Part shown: positions 56,481 to 64,000 of the stretch, one piece after another
How positions within the stretch are numbered: position 1 is the stretch's first letter
Layout: each line of letters opens with the position of its first letter
Assembly (NCBI GenBank): GCA_964016885.1
Contig: OZ024751.1
Coordinates: 2,170,001-2,234,000 of the forward strand
Direction of reading: 5' to 3'
DNA: 64,000 nucleotides
Source of the DNA: Eledone cirrhosa
Lineage: Eukaryota
Made by a program: the position numbers and the translations under genes
Notes under the pieces: generated by a model
Database searches by the model: none
Seen by the model: only the letters and a program-made list of their open reading frames with translations
What the model was told of the DNA's origin: nothing

Positions 56481-59460
56481 TGTTGAACTGTCATGTTGAA
56501 CCTTCTCTGTTGAACTGTAATATTGAACCTTCCCTTTTTGAATTGCCATGTTGAACCTTCTCTGTTGAACTGTCATATTGAACCTTCCCTGTTTAACTGT
56601 CATGTTGAACCTTCTCTGTTTAACTGTCATATTGAACTTTCTCTGTTGAACTGTCATGCTGAACCTTCCCTGTTGAACTGTCATGTTGGATCTTCTCTGT
56701 TGAACTGTCATATTGTACCTTCCCTGTTGAACTGTCATGTTGGATCTTCCCTGTTTAACTGTCATATTGAACCTTCCCTGTTGAACTGTCATGCTGAACC
56801 TTCCCTGTTGAATTGTCATGCTGAACCTTCCCTGTTCAACTGTAATGCTGAACCTTCTCTGTTGAACTGTCATATTGAACTTTCTCTGTTGAACTGTCAT
56901 GCTGAACCTTCCCTGTTTAACTGTAATGCTGAACCTTCTCTGTTGAACTGTCATATTGAACTTTCTCTGTTGAACTGTCATGCTGAACCTTCCCAGTTGA
57001 ACTGTCATGCTTAACCTTCCCTGTTTAACTGTCATATTGAACTTTCTCTGTTGAACTGTCATGCTGAACATTCCCTGCTGAACTGTCATATTGAACCTTC
57101 TCTGTTGAACTGTCATGTTGGACCTTCTCTGTTGAACTGTCATGTTGAACCTTCTCTGTTGAACTGTAATATTGAACCTTCCCTTTTTGAATTGCCATGT
57201 TCAACCTTCTCTGTTGAACTGTTATATTGAACCTTCCCTGTTCAACTGTCATGTTGAACCTTCTCTGTTTAACTGTCATATTGAACTTTCTCTGTTGAAC
57301 TGTCATGCTGAACCTTCCTTGTTGAACTGTCATGTTGAACTTTCTCTGTTGAACTGTCATGTTGAACCTTCTCTAGTGAACTGTCATATTGAACCTTCCC
57401 AGTTGAATAGTCATGTTGAACCTTCTCTGTTGAACTGTCATGTTGAACCTTCCCTGTTCAACTGTCATATTGAACCATCTCTGTATAACTGTCATGTTGA
57501 ACCTTCTCTGTTGAAATGTCATGTTGAACCTTCTTTGTTGAACTGTCATATTGAACCTTCTCTGTTGAACTGTCATGTTGAACCTTCTCTGTTGAACTGT
57601 CATATTGAACCTTCACTGTTGAATTGTCATGTTGAACCTTCTCTGTTGAACTGTCATATTGAACCTTCCCTGTTCAACTGTCATGTTGAACCTTCTTTGT
57701 TGAACTGTCATATTGAACCTTCTCTTTATAACTGTCATATTGAACCTTCTCTGTTTAACTGTCATATTGAACCTTCTCTGTTGAACTGTGATGTTGGACC
57801 TTCTCTGCTGAACTGTCATGCTGAATCTTCCCTGTTGAACTGTCATGTTGAACTTTCTCTGTTGAACTGTCATACTGAAGCTTCTCTGTTGAACTGTCAT
57901 ATTGAACATTTTCTGTTGAACTGTCATGCTGAACCTTCCCTGTTGAACTGTGATGCTGAACCTTCCCTCTTTAACTGTCATGCTGAACCTTCCCTGTTAA
58001 ACTGTCATATTGAACTTTCTCTGTTGAACTGTCATGCTGAATCTTCCCTGTTTAACTGTCATGTTGGATCTTCTCTGTTGAACTGTCATATTGAACTTTC
58101 TCTGTTGCACTGTCATGCTGAACCTTCTCTGCTGAACTGTCATGTTGAACCTTCTCTGTTGAACTGTCATGTTGAACCTTCTCTGTTGAACTGTCATATT
58201 GAACCTTTCCTGTTGAATTGTCATTGTGAACCTTCTCTGTTGAACTGTCATATTGAACCTTCCCTTTTGAACTGTCATGTTGAACCTTCTCTGTTTAACT
58301 GTCATATTGAACTTTCTCTGTTGAACTGTCATGTTGAACCTTCTCTGTTGAACTGTCATATTGAACCATCTCTGTAGAACTGTCATATTGAACCTTCTCT
58401 GCTTAACTGTCATATTGAACTTTCTCTGTTGAACTGTCATGCTGAACCTTCCCTGTAGAACTGTCATGCTGTACCTTCCCTGTTGAACTGTCATGCTGAA
58501 CCTACTCTGTTGAACTGTCATGCTGAACCTTCCCTGTTGAACTGTCATGTTGGATCTTCTCTGTTGAACTGTCATATTGTACCTTCCCTGTTGAACTGTC
58601 ATGTTGGATCTTCCCTGTTTAACTGTCATATTGAACCTTCCCTGTTGAACTGTCATATTGAAGTTTCTCTGTTGAATTGTCATGCTGAACCTTCCCTGTT
58701 CAACTGTAATGCTGAACCTTCTCTGTTGAACTGTCATATTGAACTTTCTCTGTTGAACTGTCATGCTGAACCTTCCCTGTTTAACTGTAATGCTGAACCT
58801 TCTCTGTTGAACTGTCATATTGAACTTTCTCTGTTGAACTGTCATGCTGAACCTTCCCAGTTGAACTGTCATGCTTAACCTTCCCTGTTTAACTGTCATA
58901 TTGAACTTTCTCTGTTGAACTGTCATGCTGAACATTCCCTGCTGAACTGTCATATTGAACCTTCTCTGTTGAACTGTCATGTTGGACCTTCTCTGTTTTA
59001 CTGTCATATTGAACCTTCTCTGTTTAACTGTCATATTGAACCTTCTCTGTTTAACTGACATATTCAACCTACTCTGTTGAATTGTCATGCTGAACCTTCC
59101 CTGTTGAACTGTCATGCTGAACCTTCACTCTTTAACTGTTATATTGAACTTTCTCTGTTGAAGTGTCATGCTGAATCTTCCCTGTTTAACTGTCATGTTG
59201 GACCTTCTCTGTTGAACTGTCATATTGAACCTTCTCTGTTGAACTGTCATGTTGAACCTTCTCTGTTGAACTGTCATATTGAGCCTTCTCTGTTGAACTG
59301 TCATGTTGAACCTTCTCTGTTGAACTGTAATATTGAACCTTCCCTTTTTGAATTGCCATGTTGAACCTTCTCTGTTGAACTGTCATATTGAACCTTCCCT
59401 GTTTAACTGTCATGTTGAACCTTCTCTGTTTAACTGTCATATTGAACTTTCTCTGTTGAA
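53895..59460. repeat. Tandem duplication with 2756/2810-bp period
   Basis: ORF pairs 54269/57025, 54416/57172 and 55241/57997 (offset 2756), then 55673/58483, 56267/59077 and 56523/59333 (offset 2810). Confidence 0.9.
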
Positions 59461-61730
59461 CTGTCATGCTGAACCTTCCTTGTTGAACTGTCATGTTGAA
59501 CCTTCTCTGTTGAACTGTCATGTTGGACCTTCTCTGTTGAACTGTCATATTGAACTTTCTCTGTTGAACTGTCATGTTGAACCTTGTCTGTTGAACTGTC
59601 ATATTGAACCTTCCCAGTTGAATTGTCATGTTGAACCTTCTCTGTTGAACTGTCATATTGAACCTTTCCTGTTCAACTGTCATATTGAACCATCTCTGTA
59701 TAACTGTCATGTTGAACCTTCTCTGTTGAAATGTCATGTTGAACCTTCTCTGTTGAACTGTCATATTGAACCTTCTCTGTTGAACTGTCATGTTGAACCT
59801 TCTCTGTTGAACTGTCATATTGAACCTTCACTGTTTAACTGTCATGTTGAACCTTCTCTGTTTAACTGTCATATTGAACTTTCTCTGTTGAACTGTCATG
59901 CTGAACCTTCCGTGTTGAACTGTCATGTTGAACCTTCTCTGTTGAACTGTCATGTTGGACCTTCTCTGTTGAACTGTCATATTGAACTTTCTCTGTTGAA
60001 CTGTCATGTTGAACCTTCTCTGTTGAACTGTCATATTGAACCTTTCCTGTTCAACTGTCATATTGAACCATCTCTGTATAACTGTCATGTTGAACCTTCT
60101 CTGTTGAAATGTCATGTTGAACCTTCTCTGTTGAACTGTCATATTGAACCTTCCCTGTTCAACTGTCATATTGAACCATCTCGGTATAACTGTCATATTG
60201 AACCTTCTCTGTTTAACTGTCATGCTGAACCTTCCCTGTTTAACTGTAATGCTGAACCTTCTCTGTTGAACTGTCATATTGAACTTTCTCTGTTGAACTG
60301 TCATGCTGAACCTTCCCAGTTGAACTGTCATGCTTAACCTTCCCTGTTTAACTGTCATATTGAACTTTCTCTGTTGAACTGTCATGCTGAACATTCCCTG
60401 CTGAACTGTCATATTGAACCTTCTCTGTTGAACTGTCATGCTGAACCTTCCGTTGAACTGTCATATTGAACCTTCTCTGTTTAACTGTCATATTGAACCT
60501 TCTCTGTTTAACTGACATATTCAACCTACTCTGTTGAATTGTCATGCTGAACCTTCCCTGTTGAACTGTCATGCTGAACCTTCACTCTTTAACTGTCATA
60601 TTGAACTTTCTCTGTTGAAGTGTCATGCTGAATCTTCCCTGTTTAACTGTCATGTTGGACCTTCTCTGTTGAACTGTCATATTGAACCTTCTCTGTTGAA
60701 CTGTCATGTTGAACCTTCTCTGTTGAACTGTCATATTGAGCCTTCTCTGTTGAACTGTCATGTTGAACCTTCTCTGTTGAACTGTAATATTGAACCTTCC
60801 CTTTTTGAATTGCCATGTTGAACCTTCTCTGTTGAACTGTCATATTGAACCTTCCCTGTTTAACTGTCATGTTGAACCTTCTCTGTTTAACTGTCATATT
60901 GAACTTTCTCTGTTGAACTGTCATGCTGAACCTTCCTTGTTGAACTGTCATGTTGAACCTTCTCTGTTGAACTGTCATGTTGGACCTTCTCTGTTGAACT
61001 GTCATATTGAACTTTCTCTGTTGAACTGTCATGTTGAACCTTCTCTGTTGAACTGTCATATTGAACCTTCCCAGTTGAATTGTCATGTTGAACCTTCTCT
61101 GTTGAACTGTCATATTGAACCTTTCCTGTTCAACTGTCATATTGAACCATCTCTGTATAACTGTCATGTTGAACCTTCTCTGTTGAAATGTCATGTTGAA
61201 CCTTCTCTGTTGAACTGTCATATTGAACCTTCTCTGTTGAACTGTCATGTTGAACCTTCTCTGTTGAACTGTCATATTGAACCTTCACTGTTTAACTGTC
61301 ATGTTGAACCTTCTCTGTTTAACTGTCATATTGAACTTTCTCTGTTGAACTGTCATGCTGAACCTTCCTTGTTGAACTGTCATGTTGAACCTTCTCTGTT
61401 GAACTGTCATGTTGGACCTTCTCTGTTGAACTGTCATATTGAACTTTCTCTGTTGAACTGTCATGTTGAACCTTCTCTGTTGAACTGTCATATTGAACCT
61501 TCCCAGTTGAATTGTCATGTTGAACCTTCTCTGTTGAACTGTCATATTGAACCTTTCCTGTTCAACTGTCATATTGAACCATCTCTGTATAACTGTCATG
61601 TTGAACCTTCTCTGTTGAAATGTCATGTTGAACCTTCTCTGTTGAACTGTCATATTGAACCTTCCCTGTTCAACTGTCATATTGAACCATCTCGGTATAA
61701 CTGTCATATTGAACCTTCTCTGTTTAACTG
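59000..61730. repeat. Tandem duplication with 1457-bp period (54 monomers minus 1 bp)
   Basis: ORF pairs 59077/60534, 59186/60643, 59333/60790 and 59828/61285. Confidence 0.85.
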
Positions 61731-64000
61731 TCATATTGAACCTTCACTGTTAATCTGTGATGTTGGACCTTCTCTGCTGAACTGTCATGCTGAATCTTCC
61801 CTGTTGAACTGTCATGTTGAACTTTCTCTGTTGAACTGTCATACTGAAGCTTCTCTGTTAAACTGTCATATTGAACTTTCTCTGTTGAACTGTCATGCTG
61901 AATCTTCCCTGTTTAACTGTCATGTTGGATCTTCTCTGTTGAACTGTCATATTGAACTTTCTCTGTTGCACTGTCATGCTGAACCTTCTCTGCTGAACTG
62001 TCATGTTGAACCTTCTCTGTTGAACTGTCATGTTGAACCTTCTCTGTTGAACTGTCATATTGAACCTTTCCTGTTGAATTGTCATTGTGAACCTTCTCTG
62101 TTGAACTGTCATATTGAACCTTCCCTGTTGAACTGTCATGTTGAACCTTCTCTGTTTAACTGTCATATTGAACTTTCTCTGTTGAACTGTCATGCTGAAC
62201 ATTCCCTGCTGAACTGTCATATTGAACCTTCTCTGTTGAACTGTCATGCTGAACCTTCCGTTGAACTGTCATATTGAACCTTCTCTGTTGAACTGTCATG
62301 TTGGACCTTCTCTGTTTAACTGACATATTGAATCTACTCTGTTGAACTGTCATGCTGAACCTTCCTTGTTGAACTGTCATGCTGAACCTTCACTCTTTAA
62401 CTGTCATATTGAACTTTCTCTGTTGAACTGTCATGCTGAATCTTCCCTGTTTAACTGTCATGTTGGACCTTCTCTGTTGAACTGTCATATTGAGCCTTCT
62501 CTGTTGAACTGTCATGTTGAACCTTCTCTGTTGAACTGTCATATTGAACCTCCCCTTTTTGAATTGTCATGTTGAACTTTCTCTGTTGAAATGTCATGTT
62601 GAACCTTCTCTGTTGAAATGTCATGTTGAACCTTCTCTGTTGAACTGTCATATTACACCTTCTCTGTTGAACTGTCATGTTGAACCTTCTCTGTTGAACT
62701 GTCATATTGAACCTTCCCAGTTGAACTGTCATATTGAACCTTCCCTGTTCAACTGTCATATTGAACAATCTCTGTATAACTGTCATGTTGAACCTTCTCT
62801 GTTGAAATATCATGTTGAACCTTCTCTGTTGAACTGTCATATTGAACCTTCTCTGTTGAACTGTCATGTTGAACCTTCTCTGTTGAACCGTCATATTGAA
62901 CCTTCACTGTTGAATTGTCATGTTGAACCTTCTCTGTTGAACTGTCATATTGAATCTTCCCTGTTCAACTGTCATATTGAACCATCTCGGTATAACTGTC
63001 ATATTGAACCTTCTCTGTATAACTGTCATATTGAACCTTCTCTGTTTAACTGTCATATTGAACCTTCTCTGTTGAACTGTGATGTTGGACCTTCTCTGTT
63101 GAACTGTCATGCTGAATCTTCACTGTTGAACTGTCATGTTGAAATTTCTCTGTTGAACTGTCATACTGAAGCTTCTCTGTTGAACTGTCATATTGAACAT
63201 TTTCTGTTGAACTGTCATGTTGAACCTTCTCTGTTGAACTGTCATATTGAACCTTTCCTGTTGAACTGTCATGCTGAACCTTCCCTGTTGAACTGTGATG
63301 CTGAACCTTCCCTCTTTAACTGTCCTGCTGAACCTTCCCTGTTAAACTGTCATGTTGAACTTTCTCTGTTGAACTGTCATGCTGAATCTTACCTGTTTAA
63401 CTGTCATGTTGGACCTTCTCTGTTGAACTGTCATATTGAACTTTCTCTGTTGCACTGTCATGCTGAACCTTCTCTGCTGAACTGTCATGTTGAACCTTCT
63501 CTGTTGAACTGTCATGTTGAACCTTCTCTGTTGAACTGTCATATTGAACCTTTCCTGTTGAATTGTCATTGTGAACCTTCTCTGTTGAACTGTCATATTG
63601 AACTTTCTCTGTTGAACTGTCATGCTGAACCTTCCTTGTTGAACTGTCATGTTGAACCTTCTCTGTTGAACTGTCATATTGAACCATCTCTGTAGAACTG
63701 TCATATTGAACCTTCTCTGTTCAACTGTCATATTGAACTTTCTCTGTTGAACTGTCATGCTGAACCTTCCTTGTTGAACTGTCATGTTGAACCTTCTCTG
63801 TTGAATTGTCATATTGAACTTTCTCTGTTGAACTGTCATGCTGAACCTTCCCTGTAGAACTGTCATGCTGTACCTTCCCTGTTGAACTGTCATGCTGAAC
63901 CTACTCTGTTGAACTGTCATGCTGAACCTTCCCTGTTTAACTGTCATATTGGACCTTCCCTGTTGAACTGTCATATTGAACATTCTCTGTTGAACTGTCA
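60790..64000. repeat. Distant diverged copy of block ~36130-39140 (offset about 24.7-24.9 kb)
   Basis: Rare variants in the same order: ATCTGTGATG, ATTGAATCTACTCT, ATTACACC (37776 vs 62652, offset 24876), GAAATATCATG, GAATCTTACC. Confidence 0.85.

Larger units (their letters stand above)
1..64000. repeat. Satellite DNA array, 27-bp monomer GTTGAACTGTCATRYTGAACYTTCYCT, about 2,370 head-to-tail copies in one orientation
   Basis: The motif recurs every 27 bp from first to last base; the ORF track shows pure 9-aa periodicity (LNCHIEPSL / MTVQQRRFN / YDSSTEKVQ); no non-repeat segment found; 64000/27 is about 2,370. Confidence 0.99.

Noticed and set aside
181-63983. Hundreds of ORFs up to 670 aa with 9-aa repeats (LNCHIEPSL; MTVQQRRFN; HDSSTEKVQ), superficially resembling Cys/His metal-binding, solenoid or amyloid-like repeat proteins
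   Set aside because: 27 bp equals 9 codons and the consensus is stop-free in three frames, so overlapping ORFs on both strands are automatic. Stops and frameshifting indels are scattered and get duplicated, common variants are non-synonymous, and there is no unique N- or C-terminal domain.
1-64000. CRISPR-like array (ATTGAAC/GTTGAAC resembles CRISPR repeat ends; unit of similar size)
   Set aside because: There are no unique spacers: the sequence between motifs is itself conserved repeat. No leader or cas genes are present.
1-64000. Diversity-generating or antigenic-variation cassette library, or an information-storing code
   Set aside because: No expression locus, reverse transcriptase, recombinase or cassette boundaries are present. 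The variant order is explained by nested block duplication.
1-64000. Telomerase-synthesised long telomeric repeat, or plasmid/viral iteron array
   Set aside because: There is no G-rich strand motif, and kb-scale duplicated variant patterns indicate recombinational copying rather than templated addition. The array is far too long for iterons and no rep gene is present. A subtelomeric location cannot be excluded.
1-64000. Bacterial promoter or terminator motifs (TTGAAC as a -35 box; CCCCTTTTT as a terminator tail)
   Set aside because: These are chance matches inside repeat monomers, with no genes to regulate and no GC-rich stem before the T runs.
1-64000. Whole array as a sequencing or concatemer artefact
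   Set aside because: Specific variants recur in ordered cassettes with hierarchical divergence, which random error or rolling-circle artefacts would not produce. Only the copy number of the near-identical blocks remains uncertain.

Overview
The whole 64-kb window is one uninterrupted, single-orientation tandem array of a 27-bp monomer (consensus GTTGAACTGTCAT-ATTGAACCTTCTCT, 10/27 G+C, about 2,370 copies), running off both ends. I see no unique sequence, real gene, RNA gene, transposon or CRISPR spacer. All listed ORFs are by-products of a monomer that is 9 codons long and stop-free in three of six frames. The monomer is itself a dimer of related 13- and 14-bp halves sharing TTGAAC. Variation concentrates at a few positions. 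Rare substitutions and indels reveal layered, irregular block duplications (0.6-5.4 kb tandem; 6.8 and 24.9 kb dispersed) and regional sub-families. This is most consistent with eukaryotic satellite or giant-minisatellite DNA evolving by unequal exchange; neither the organism nor the satellite family can be named from the sequence. I found no evidence of a new enzymatic or defence system. Block boundaries are approximate (about one to two monomers), derived from ORF-track offsets and by-eye marker comparison.
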